The position numbers and the translations under genes were made by a program. From Candidatus Latescibacterota bacterium (GTDB lineage: Bacteria; Latescibacterota; UBA2968): a stretch of DNA of 64,000 nt. Location of the stretch: NCBI GenBank assembly GCA_965204745.1, contig OZ242010.1, positions 2,688,001-2,752,000 of the forward strand. Reading direction: 5' to 3'. Under the pieces are notes generated by a model that saw only the letters and a list, made by a program, of their open reading frames with translations, did no database searches and had not been told where the DNA came from. How positions within the stretch are numbered: position 1 is the stretch's first letter; each line of letters starts with the position of its first letter. This document shows positions 19,824 through 28,722 of this stretch, one piece after another.

Positions 19824-20352
19824 TGGAATTTCCTTTGTGTAGATAAATGTTCTGAGAGAGTGCTACTGTTTGGATTTCTACTCTGGGCCGCCGCAAATCT
19901 TTTTTGCTAATCAGAAGGTTGGACATTCCATGCTGATCCTTTACAGCATAGAACCGATAACGAAATAATAAACGCATTACCGGATTAAAATGAAAGGCAC
20001 GGGCATGGACAAGGGCTATGATAATGATAATAAGTACATACCCGCTCGTGATCGGCTCGCTAGCAAATGTTGAGCCTCCTGATCGGATAAATGGAAGAAG
20101 GTAGATGAATAGGAACGTTAGCACCTCCTGATCTTTGCGTTCAAATTCTTGGATATAGATCATGTGGCTTTGTGCCTTCTTTGACATATGCTTCAACAGT
20201 ACCCAGCAGACAACCACCATTAAAAATGCTATGCCTAGCCATATCCAGCCCTTCCGCGGCTGACCACACTCGAACTGACTGATGGCTATAGCAATCAGTA
20301 CTGGAGACAAGGACGTCGTCACGAAAAAAAATTGGGCGAAGTAATTCATCAT
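19816..20352 (-). CDS. kwaA: Kiwa KwaA-like membrane protein
   Basis: About 4 TM segments, FLFIYLLPF and FNPV motifs; overlaps the kwaB-like gene. Confidence 0.65.
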   Translation of the reverse strand: MMNYFAQFFFVTTSLSPVLIAIAISQFECGQPRKGWIWLGIAFLMVVVCWVLLKHMSKKAQSHMIYIQEFERKDQEVLTFLFIYLLPFIRSGGSTFASEPITSGYVLIIIIIALVHARAFHFNPVMRLLFRYRFYAVKDQHGMSNLLISKKDLRRPRVEIQTVALSQNIYLHKGNSNA

Positions 20353-20353
20353 G

Positions 20354-21634
20354 TCAAAAACTCCGTGACACAGTTGGTTTGCCCAACCGCACCCGCCCCG
20401 TGAGGAGTTGTTGCATCATCCCCTGCTTGATGGCACTGGTCTTATCCCGGCGTCGCTCCAGCGCGGCAATCTCGGCGTCCATGTCAAAGAGGATGGTGGC
20501 GATGGCGCGTTGTTCGGCAAGTGTGGGAAGGTCGATCTGCACCTGTGCGAGGTTTCGGCTATTGATATGGACGACCGCGTCGCCTTGGGCCATACGAGCT
20601 TTTTGCCTCGCAACTGTTGGGTGATTCATCAGGTAGCCGAGGTAGAGCGAGTTTTGACTCAATGGGGTCAATACTACAACATCGCCACCGACATAGACTT
20701 GCTCTTCACCAAGATATGCGGCACAGCGACCTATTTCTTCTGAAGTTTCACCCGACCCGGCAAAAAGGAGATCGCCCGTCTTGATTGGCAATGACTTCGA
20801 GGCAACAGACAAAGGAATCCGTGCAACTGGATTCAAAACATGATCTTTGTATCGTGTATATAGCTCTCCATAACGGATACACGGAACGCCTTCGTCAGAA
20901 ACATCATCTCGCTTAATTCCACGGCCCTTTGAAAAGGGGCCAATCTCTCCCAACCGCTTTGTCTCCCACGCCCCACCGAACCCCGGGAGGCGCGTCTTGC
21001 CGGTGAGGAGTTGCTGCATGGTGGCCTGCTTGATGGCGCGCTTCTTGGCGATCAGCGCGTCCAATGACCGGATTAGGCCGTCCACATCTGATAACACCTC
21101 GGCGATGGCGCGTTGCTCCTCAACACTCGGTGGACAAGGAATCTCGATCATTCGCACATCGTTGGTATTGATTGCCGGATAATTTGATCCCGCAAGTATC
21201 TTGCTAATTTGTTTGTTCACGACATGACCAAACAGATGGGCAAATAAGAAACCAGGATCGGATAGGTTGGGCTTACTTCTGATGACAGCGAATCCAGTTG
21301 AGCAAACCGCATTTGCGATTTGTCCTCGAAAGAAGAGGTGAGCCATTAGATTTGGGCGAACCGTTGACATAAGGATATCGTTTTCGCGCAGTACTCGTCG
21401 AGCTCTTGAAGGGGCCGTCCGAAAAACAATTTCAGTAAAACCAAGAAGTTGTCCTGTATCCACTTGCTCGAGCGATATATAGTTAAATTCGTAATCTGGG
21501 TCGGTATTATTTGGAAGATTCTCGGGGTCAATATCTGCGATATCTCCCAACCGCTTCATTTCCCATTCCCCATCGAGATCCGGCAAGTCTTCGGTGTTGC
21601 CCTGATCTTGAGGGCGAGTCGTTTCCGCGTTCAT
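20354..21634 (-). CDS. hsdS: Type I RM specificity subunit (copy A)
   Basis: Two TRDs (APSRARR...STGF; IRYGELYT), conserved helices nearly identical to copy B. Confidence 0.95.
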   Translation of the reverse strand: MNAETTRPQDQGNTEDLPDLDGEWEMKRLGDIADIDPENLPNNTDPDYEFNYISLEQVDTGQLLGFTEIVFRTAPSRARRVLRENDILMSTVRPNLMAHLFFRGQIANAVCSTGFAVIRSKPNLSDPGFLFAHLFGHVVNKQISKILAGSNYPAINTNDVRMIEIPCPPSVEEQRAIAEVLSDVDGLIRSLDALIAKKRAIKQATMQQLLTGKTRLPGFGGAWETKRLGEIGPFSKGRGIKRDDVSDEGVPCIRYGELYTRYKDHVLNPVARIPLSVASKSLPIKTGDLLFAGSGETSEEIGRCAAYLGEEQVYVGGDVVVLTPLSQNSLYLGYLMNHPTVARQKARMAQGDAVVHINSRNLAQVQIDLPTLAEQRAIATILFDMDAEIAALERRRDKTSAIKQGMMQQLLTGRVRLGKPTVSRSF

Positions 21635-21668
21635 GTAACTGTGCCTTTCTAAAAGAAGAACAGGCCGA

Positions 21669-21736
21669 TTTATATTAAAGCCTGCGTTAAATATAACCGA
21701 ATTGTCACGCCATATTAAACGCTGCGTTTAATATGG
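21669..21736. promoter_or_regulatory. Palindromic site copy 3 plus adjacent palindrome CCATATTAAA-CGCTGCG-TTTAATATGG with perfect 10-bp arms
   Basis: Two 10-7-10 inverted repeats between hsdM and hsdS-A. Confidence 0.75.
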
Positions 21737-21770
21737 AAAAGAAATGCTTCCATATTATTCGCTCGCATTA

Positions 21771-24212
21771 CTATGTCCATGCCAACCCCATTTTTTGCAA
21801 GTGCCCCGCGACCTTGTCGCCAAACGTTGCCACTTCTCGCGCCAACTCGGGCAGAGGTTGCGCGTATCGCTCCTCCAATTCCTTCACCCGCGCGGCGAGT
21901 TGTTGGGTCAGCCGTTGCCCCTCGCTGTCGATCAAGGTCTGGATATCGGCAAACCATTTGTGCTCGATGACCAGCGTCTTGATCTCGGTCTCGGTCAGCG
22001 CGGCGTAGTGTTTCAGGGTTTGCTCGTCCAACTCGGTTTGGGCGTCCTTCACGGCTTTGTCGGCTTTGGACTTGGCTTGGAACAAGGCGAGGCAACACGC
22101 GAGGGCGGCGCGTTCTTCGTCGCTCTCGGGTTCGTCCCGAATGGCCTTGAGGCGGTTGACGACGTTGGTTTTGCCGACCGTCCCCTTGTCGTTGACGACG
22201 TCCTCTAACAGACCGCCCTCGCCGGTATGTTCCTCGACAAACTCCTCCAACTCGCGGGCCGCGTCCTCTTGGGCCACGCGCAACACAGCGAGAGCGGCTT
22301 GGTCCGCGGCAAAGTAGCGGGCGACAATTAGGGCCGGGGGGACCAAGTCCATCTTGTACTTCTCGCGCTTGATGGTCAAGTCCGGGGTTTCTTTGATCTT
22401 CTTTGCCTTATCCTCGATGATCCCGCGCGGCGCGGCTGCCTCGAGCCACCCGTCTGCTGCGATGAGATACACATCGTCCTGCATAGTCTCGTCCCAGTAA
22501 TCCATCAGGCATTGGTACACGTCGTAGCGGTCGAGCAGCGGAAGGTCGGCAAAGCGCGTCAGCAGATCCTCCGACAAGTCGTGGATGACCCCTGCGGGAC
22601 GGGCATCGACCGCAAGTGCCCAAAGGCGCGGTTTGTGGGCCTCGCGCCAAGCCGTGAAAACATCGGCAACGCGCCGCTGATAGGACTTGAACTCCGCGTG
22701 CCCGAGAATGACGGCCTTGACCCGTGCGGTCTCGACGCGGGCATCGCTGTAGCCGGCCCGACCGTTGCTTTGGAACAACACCCGGCGCAACGAGGGGAAG
22801 ACGGCCCAGTAATCGCGCAGGGCGTCGAGATCCCGGTCGGGAATGCCGCCGTTCAGATGCGCGTGGAGATCGTGCATGTCCTCTATCTCGCTGGCGTCGA
22901 TATAGCGCGGAATGTTGAGGTTGTAATCATTGGCCGGGCTACCGATCTCCGCGACGGACACCATGCGCGCATAGCCCGGTTGTTCGATCTGGTTGTTGAA
23001 CACATCCACAATCCGGTGAATGTCCTGCGCCCGCAGGCGGTTTTTGTTCCCCTCCTTGAGAAAGCCCCGGCTCGCGTCGATCATGAAAATGCCCTTGCGC
23101 GCATGGGCGTCTTTCTTGTCGATGACCAAAATGCACGCGGGAATGCCCGTGCCGTAGAACAGGTTGGCGGGCAGGCCGATGATACCCTTGATGAACCCGC
23201 GTCGGACGAGGTTTTTGCGAATGTCCGCCTCCTTGTTGCCGCGAAACAACACGCCGTGCGGCAGGATGATCGCGCCCTTGCCCCCGCGCTTGAGGGACTT
23301 GATGAGGTGCAGGAGAAAGGCGTAGTCCCCGTTCTTGGCTGGTGGGATGCCGTACTCGAACCGGCCAAATTCGTCATGTGCCGGATCGAATCCATTCGCC
23401 CATGCCTTGGCTGAAAACGGGGGATTGGCGATAGCAAAGTCGAAGGTCTTGAGCCCGTTGTCCGGGTTCTTGTAATAGGGCGATGCCAAGGTGTTGCCGC
23501 GCCACAACTCGGCGGTCTCGTGACCGTGCAAGATCATGTTCATCCGCGCCAAGGCCCAAGTGGCGTTGTCCATTTCCTGACCGTAGATGCTGATGCCGCG
23601 CGGCGCGATGTCCGCGGCTTTGAGCAGCAAGGAGCCAGAACCGCACGCGAGGTCGTAAATGGTCTGGTCTTGGCGCGTATTTTGGTCGATGCCGAGCACC
23701 TGCGCCATGACGCGCGAGACTTCGGCCGGGGTGTAGAACTGCCCCTTGGCCTTGCCGGACTCGGTGGCAAAGTGCCGCATCAGGTACTCGTAGGCGTCGC
23801 CCAACAGGTCGTCGTCCTCGGCGCGGTTGGCGCGAAAGTCGAGGCCCTCGAAAATGGCGACCAACTTGGAGAGGCGGTCTTGCATCTCCTTGCCCGTGCC
23901 GAGTTTGCTCTCGTCGTTGAAGTCGGCCTGATCGATAACGCCCTTGAGGTCGTTGGCCTCTGCGAGCTTGCCGATGATCTTGTTGATGCGGTCGCCGATC
24001 TCCTTGTCGCCCTTGAGCGCGGCCATGTCGGCAAAGCCGCCTCCTTCGGGCACTTCGATGAGCGCGTCCTGCTTGCCGGCCTTGTCCGAGACATATTTCA
24101 TGAACAACAAGGTCAGCACGTAGTCCTTGTACTGCGAGGCGTCCATGCCGCCGCGCAATTCGTCGCAACTCTGCCAAAGCGATGCGTAGATTTGGGATTT
24201 CTTCAGCGCCAT
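21771..24212 (-). CDS. hsdM: Type I RM methyltransferase subunit M (long form)
   Basis: GQFYTP, YDLACGSGSLL, ANPPF, YNLNIPRY. Confidence 0.97.
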   Translation of the reverse strand: MALKKSQIYASLWQSCDELRGGMDASQYKDYVLTLLFMKYVSDKAGKQDALIEVPEGGGFADMAALKGDKEIGDRINKIIGKLAEANDLKGVIDQADFNDESKLGTGKEMQDRLSKLVAIFEGLDFRANRAEDDDLLGDAYEYLMRHFATESGKAKGQFYTPAEVSRVMAQVLGIDQNTRQDQTIYDLACGSGSLLLKAADIAPRGISIYGQEMDNATWALARMNMILHGHETAELWRGNTLASPYYKNPDNGLKTFDFAIANPPFSAKAWANGFDPAHDEFGRFEYGIPPAKNGDYAFLLHLIKSLKRGGKGAIILPHGVLFRGNKEADIRKNLVRRGFIKGIIGLPANLFYGTGIPACILVIDKKDAHARKGIFMIDASRGFLKEGNKNRLRAQDIHRIVDVFNNQIEQPGYARMVSVAEIGSPANDYNLNIPRYIDASEIEDMHDLHAHLNGGIPDRDLDALRDYWAVFPSLRRVLFQSNGRAGYSDARVETARVKAVILGHAEFKSYQRRVADVFTAWREAHKPRLWALAVDARPAGVIHDLSEDLLTRFADLPLLDRYDVYQCLMDYWDETMQDDVYLIAADGWLEAAAPRGIIEDKAKKIKETPDLTIKREKYKMDLVPPALIVARYFAADQAALAVLRVAQEDAARELEEFVEEHTGEGGLLEDVVNDKGTVGKTNVVNRLKAIRDEPESDEERAALACCLALFQAKSKADKAVKDAQTELDEQTLKHYAALTETEIKTLVIEHKWFADIQTLIDSEGQRLTQQLAARVKELEERYAQPLPELAREVATFGDKVAGHLQKMGLAWT

Positions 24213-24283
24213 GTGTGTTTCTCCGTGGTTATACCAATACCAAACAAAAGCATGCCTACAACGCAACAAATAATAGACGGAAT

Positions 24284-24418
24284 GGGGTACAACTGGCCGG
24301 TTCCCAGTCCATCGTAGGGACAGGCACAGGGGCCTGTCCGAGTAGGATTGCTCCGCGGCACCACGCAAGCCTCCCGCCAGTTGAGTATAACTGCGATAGT
24401 CCATCGTAGGGACAGGCC
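24284..24418. repeat. GTAG-type REP cluster
   Basis: GTAGGGACAGGCACAGGGGCCTGTCC; relatives at ~251, 27762, 44010, 46811, 51766, 51891, 52291. Confidence 0.7.
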
Positions 24419-24461
24419 GAAATTCTCCTCATGTACTTGAAGTTGAAAACCGATAGCTCCC

Positions 24462-25223
24462 CTACCATTCATTGCCGTGATACCGCTTGCCGCGCAACTT
24501 TAATTTTCGTCGCTTCTGGGATTCTTCTTCTCGCTCTCGCATCGCATTGAGAATCCGCGCTGCTTCCTCGGGCGTCATCTCCTCGGGCTGTGCTTGTCGT
24601 TCCTCTCGCTGCTGATCTTCCCGATTGTCATCCGCATTCTGGTCTTGCTGGCCTTGCTGTTGTTGATCTTGCTGATTCTGCTGTTGCTGATCCTGCTCAT
24701 CCTGTCCATCCTGATTTTGCTGGTCTTGCTGGTCTTGCTGGTCTTGCTGGTCTTGCTGTTGCTGATCTTGTTGATCCTGTCCCTTCTGTTGCTGTTTGTC
24801 CCGATCTAGTTTTTCCAACGCCAATTCCAGATTCGCTTTGGCATCCACATCCCCCGGATTCAGTTGTAGCGATTTTTTGTACGCGCCGACAGCTTCTTGA
24901 AATTTCTCCTGCCGAAACAGCGCGTTGCCCAAATTGTAGTACGCGGACGCGGCCAAATGCGGGTGATCGCCCTCCGCAGCGCGGCCTAGTTCCTGCATGG
25001 CCTCGGCGTACTTGCCCTGCTTGTAGAGCGCGTCTCCAGCATTAAAATGCAGTGCCGGACGATCTCGCGCCTCTTGTTGCGCTTCCAAATACCGGCGCAA
25101 CGCGGCTTCGTACTCGCCCTTTTCAAACAGGGCATTGCCCTCTGCGTTCTTTTTTGCCACGGGATCGAGAAACGTCCATCCCAACAACGGCAATGCCAGC
25201 AGAATCAACAAAAATCGTTTCAT
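24462..25223 (-). CDS. batC: BatC-like TPR protein with Gln/Asp-rich linker
   Basis: TPRs (HFNAGDALYKQG, YYNLGNALF), ANLELAL, QDQQ repeats, EEAARIL; downstream of a VWA gene. Confidence 0.75.
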   Translation of the reverse strand: MKRFLLILLALPLLGWTFLDPVAKKNAEGNALFEKGEYEAALRRYLEAQQEARDRPALHFNAGDALYKQGKYAEAMQELGRAAEGDHPHLAASAYYNLGNALFRQEKFQEAVGAYKKSLQLNPGDVDAKANLELALEKLDRDKQQQKGQDQQDQQQQDQQDQQDQQDQQNQDGQDEQDQQQQNQQDQQQQGQQDQNADDNREDQQREERQAQPEEMTPEEAARILNAMREREEESQKRRKLKLRGKRYHGNEW

Positions 25224-25419
25224 AATTTTCTCCTTTAGCGTCTCATCCCCGCCGCCGCGCCGCTACCCAAGTGCGTGCCCCGCTATGTCCGCACCGCCAC
25301 CCGTGCGTGCCCAGCCCTGCATCCACACCGCCGTGTGCGTTGTCCCGGCTCATATTCCCCGACCTCTTGTATCTTCGGGCGAGCGCGGTGGCCTTCTCCC
25401 CTCTTGTATCTTGGAAGTA

Positions 25420-25650
25420 AGGGTTAATTAGGAGTTGCGCCCTCGTATCGAGATAAGCCATCTTGATGCCCGGCTCGGGGAAGGCCGGCCCCTCTTGAAG
25501 GCGATGACCTTGTAGGTAAGATAGGCCCCCCGACCGCCGGGTCTATGCCGAAGAGTATCTAAGCCCCTTGAGGCTGCATATACAAGACCGGTAGACTTGG
25601 CGTCAATGGTCGGGACGCGACCCCGAGCGCGCACCAGATCCCTTACAACC
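25420..25650 (+). ncRNA. Predicted IS110 bridge RNA (boundaries approximate)
   Basis: Two stem-internal-loop-hairpin modules whose loop strands match the target (25489-95, 25514-21) and donor (25552-60, 25580-87). Confidence 0.75.
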
Positions 25651-25671
25651 CCCTCATCACAGGAGGCCCCC

Positions 25672-26679
25672 ATGTCGAAATCTCACCCCGCTTTTGCCGG
25701 CATTGATGTCAGTGCCCGCACGTTGTCCGTTGCCCTGTCCAGACCCGGACAAGCTGTCATGCAAGCGACCTTTGCCAATGATCCCCAAGCGCATAAGCGG
25801 TTGCTGAAGTGGCTCACGAAGGGCGGGCACATGGTCTCTGTGTGCCTCGAAGCGACCGGGCTTTACAGTTTGGGGGTGGCCTTGGCCTTGCATCGGCATC
25901 GCCACACAAAGGTCATGGTCGTCAATCCCAAAGCGATGAGCAAGTACGCCCAAGCCTGCATGCAACGGGCGAAGACGGATGCGAAGGATGCGTTGTTGAT
26001 CCTCGACTATGCCGAGCGCATGCCTTTTGTGCCTTGGCAAGCGCCGAGCGAGCAACGGCTTCAACTGCAAGCCCTCACCAGACGCATTGACCAACTCAAG
26101 CAGGAGATCATCCGCGAACAGAGCCGCAACCACGCGCAGAGCTACCACATCCGCAGCACACGTCTCATCGCACGCGATATTCAGGTGAATATTCGACACT
26201 TCAAACGCCGGATTGCATACTTGGAAAGCCAAGCCCTCGATCTCGTTTTGCACGATGAGCCCCTCAAGCGTGCCTACCAACGCCTCTGCTCGACGCCTGG
26301 CATCGCGCAAACGAGTGCCTTGCGGCTCTTGGCCGAGTTGACCCTTTTGCCAGAGGAGATGCAACCGCCCCAGTGGGTCGCACATGCAGGCCTGGATCCC
26401 AAACCCAAACAATCCGGAACCGCCAATCCACAAAGACGCATCTCGAAAACCGGGAATAAGTACCTCCGCCATGCCCTCTATATGCCTGCCTGGGTGGCCA
26501 TCAGACACGAAGGCCATGTCAAAGCCTTCTATGACCAACTCATCGCCCGCGGCAAGAAACCTTTGCAGGCTATCGTTGCGGTGATGCGAAAGTTGCTCCA
26601 TTCGATCTGGGGCATGTTGCGCCATGACCAAGATTTTGAGGGCGAAAAATTCTATCGAATCACCCCGAAAACCCCTTGA
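25672..26679 (+). CDS. IS110-family DEDD recombinase/transposase
   Basis: AGIDVS, CLEATG, KTDAKDA, AGLDP...QSG, GNKYLR, AVMRKL. Confidence 0.95.
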   Translation: MSKSHPAFAGIDVSARTLSVALSRPGQAVMQATFANDPQAHKRLLKWLTKGGHMVSVCLEATGLYSLGVALALHRHRHTKVMVVNPKAMSKYAQACMQRAKTDAKDALLILDYAERMPFVPWQAPSEQRLQLQALTRRIDQLKQEIIREQSRNHAQSYHIRSTRLIARDIQVNIRHFKRRIAYLESQALDLVLHDEPLKRAYQRLCSTPGIAQTSALRLLAELTLLPEEMQPPQWVAHAGLDPKPKQSGTANPQRRISKTGNKYLRHALYMPAWVAIRHEGHVKAFYDQLIARGKKPLQAIVAVMRKLLHSIWGMLRHDQDFEGEKFYRITPKTP

Positions 26680-26711
26680 CCTTTTAAGAGAGTATCTTGC
26701 CTCTCCCCCTC

Positions 26712-27737
26712 TTACCCCTCAAATCGTCCGCGCCACGCTTCGCGTTCTCGGCGGCGGTCGGACAACAGGGCCTCGCTGGCAAAGCACAGCAGGGCGAGCG
26801 CGAGGGGCCATTGAAATCGGTGGATGTATTGGGCGTAACGCTGCGTGCCCAAATCGCGCTTCTCCATCTCGGAAATCCGGTCGTACACGGCTTGCAAGCC
26901 AATGCCCCCACTGCTAGCGCGCACGTACAACCCGTCGGTGATGCGGGCGATCTCCTTCAAAGTCGCCTCGTCCAAGCGCGTCTTCACGATCTTGCCCTCG
27001 GCATCCTTCAAATAATCCACGCGGTCGCCATCGCGCAGGGGAATCAACTCGCCCTCTGCCGTGCCCACGCCCACGGCAAAAATTCGCACGCCTCGTTCAG
27101 CGGCGGCCCGTGCAGCGGCGATGGGATCATCCGCGTGATCCTCGCCATCGGTAATCAAAATCAACGCCTTGTACTTGCCCTCGGTTGCCCCAAATCCCCG
27201 AATGGCCGTGCGAATGGCCTCGGCAACCGCTGTGCCCTGTTCCGCGATGAGGCCCACATCGGCCTGTCCCAAAAACATCTTGGCCGCGGCGTAATCCAAC
27301 GTGAGCGGGCAGAGCACATGGCTATACCCAGCAAATGCCACCAACCCGATGCGGTCGCCTTCGAGGCGGTCGATCAGCCCTTCAATTTCAAATCGCGCGC
27401 GGTCGAGGCGGTTGGGCTTGATATCCTCGGCCAGCATGCTCAAGGACGTATCCAGCACGATCACCAAATCCACGCCCTTGCGGTGAATCACCTCCAACTC
27501 CGTGCCGAACTGCGGTTGCACCAGTGCCAGCACCAAAAACGCAAACCCCACGCACATCAGCGCGGCCTTGATCCCCTGCCGAACCCGGCTCACGCCCGAC
27601 GCGAGTTTGTCCATCAACGCGGGCGCGCCAAATGCGTGCAATGCCTTCCGCTTGCGCCAAAACGCCCACCAGTAAAACAGCGCGAACACCGGCACCCCGA
27701 TCAAAAAATAAAACGCCTGTAGATCGCCAAATCGCAT
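26712..27737 (-). CDS. batB: BatB-like VWA-domain protein
   Basis: MIDAS DTSLSM, PNRLDRA, PLTLDY, LITDGED; N- and C-terminal TM segments. Confidence 0.85.
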   Translation of the reverse strand: MRFGDLQAFYFLIGVPVFALFYWWAFWRKRKALHAFGAPALMDKLASGVSRVRQGIKAALMCVGFAFLVLALVQPQFGTELEVIHRKGVDLVIVLDTSLSMLAEDIKPNRLDRARFEIEGLIDRLEGDRIGLVAFAGYSHVLCPLTLDYAAAKMFLGQADVGLIAEQGTAVAEAIRTAIRGFGATEGKYKALILITDGEDHADDPIAAARAAAERGVRIFAVGVGTAEGELIPLRDGDRVDYLKDAEGKIVKTRLDEATLKEIARITDGLYVRASSGGIGLQAVYDRISEMEKRDLGTQRYAQYIHRFQWPLALALLCFASEALLSDRRREREAWRGRFEG

Positions 27738-27844
27738 CTCATCACCTCTCGTATCTTCGGACGAGCACAGGGGCACCGCCCCTACGGGTCTCACCTCTCG
27801 CCTCTCCTGTCTTCCCTCTTACCAAAGGGGGTTGGGCGGGGCGG

Positions 27845-27990
27845 ACTGACCACTGACCACTGACCACTGACCACTGACCACTGACCACTGACCACTGACC
27901 ACTGACCACTGACCACTGACCACTGACCACTGACCACTGACCACTGACCACTGACCACTGACCACTGACCACTGACCACTGACCACTGAC
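27845..27990. repeat. Heptamer tandem repeat (ACTGACC) x ~21
   Basis: Direct reading. Confidence 0.97.
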
Positions 27991-28229
27991 AATGCGAATT
28001 AAGAGTAGAAAGCGAGTAAGAAGCAAGCCGCGGCCAATCGCCCAAAGACATGAACGAGTAAGCCATCCTCTGATCGTACCCGAGACGCCATCGAGATGTT
28101 TGTCTTTTGTTCAATCCAACTAAACAAGGCCGCTATCGGCTGTCGCATGCTCGAAACCGCTGAGGGTGAAATTGGTTGCGCCCTCAAGAAAAGACAAGTA
28201 CGCGATGGATTCAACGCTTAATTCGCATT
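27991..28229 (-). mobile_element. Internally deleted IS982-family element (MITE)
   Basis: TIRs AATGCGAATTAAG / CTTAATTCGCATT; residual transposase C-terminus RQPI..LFSWIEQKT...VRS..GLLVHVFGR. Confidence 0.75.
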
Positions 28230-28395
28230 GTTTATTGACCCCCATGAAAATGCCCTTCTCCCGATTCAGTGACCCCAACACAGGGATTCCTACTTGGGAG
28301 AAGGGCACATGACCTCGGGTCACCCTTTGCCCGAGACCATAAATTTGGGTTGTAAATATCGTTATATTTTTACCCCTGTGTCAAGAAAAATTTAT

Positions 28396-28722
28396 TCACG
28401 GAGGCATTCCCGCTTGCACGACCACATAGTCGCGCTCGATTTCTCGGTGAAAACACTCGGGCAGTCGCGCCCAGTCGCGGGCATCCATCAGAAATGGGAT
28501 GGTCGATGCTGTGAACGCCGCTTTGAAGGCCATGAGTTGATCGATGGGAATGGGCTCGAGGGTTGGGCCACGCAAGACCAGATCGAGATCGCTCCCCGGA
28601 TGGCTGTTGCCATTGACCCTGCTGCCGTAGGCCCACACTGCAATGCCGGGCAAGTGTTTTTGCAACAGGCGCTCGAGTTGCTTTCTATGCCTCGGCAACA
28701 GGTCCAAACGCTCAGTTCTCAT
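28396..28722 (-). CDS. Minimal nucleotidyltransferase (MNT)
   Basis: YGSRVNG...SDLDL. Confidence 0.9.
   Translation of the reverse strand: MRTERLDLLPRHRKQLERLLQKHLPGIAVWAYGSRVNGNSHPGSDLDLVLRGPTLEPIPIDQLMAFKAAFTASTIPFLMDARDWARLPECFHREIERDYVVVQAGMPP

Larger units (their letters stand above)
25403..26697 (+). mobile_element. IS110-family element with CT core at both ends
   Basis: Ends deduced from bridge-RNA guide matches; transposase within. Confidence 0.85.

Noticed and set aside
21650-21700. Palindromic site as integron attC (ATTTAAC...GTT on the minus strand)
   Set aside because: Too short (~40 bp), R' box is not GTTRRRY, sequence downstream of GTT is conserved rather than cassette-specific, and no integron integrase is present
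24600-24800. Gln/Asp-rich 9-bp repeats as a contingency locus
   Set aside because: In-frame low-complexity linker typical of BatC proteins
25406-26699. GTATCTTG 8-bp direct repeat as IS110 target-site duplication
   Set aside because: Guide matches place the crossover at the CT core 25403-04/26696-97; IS110 elements do not make classical TSDs
27742-28114. ORFs with SGQWSVV repeats
   Set aside because: Translation artefacts of the heptamer array
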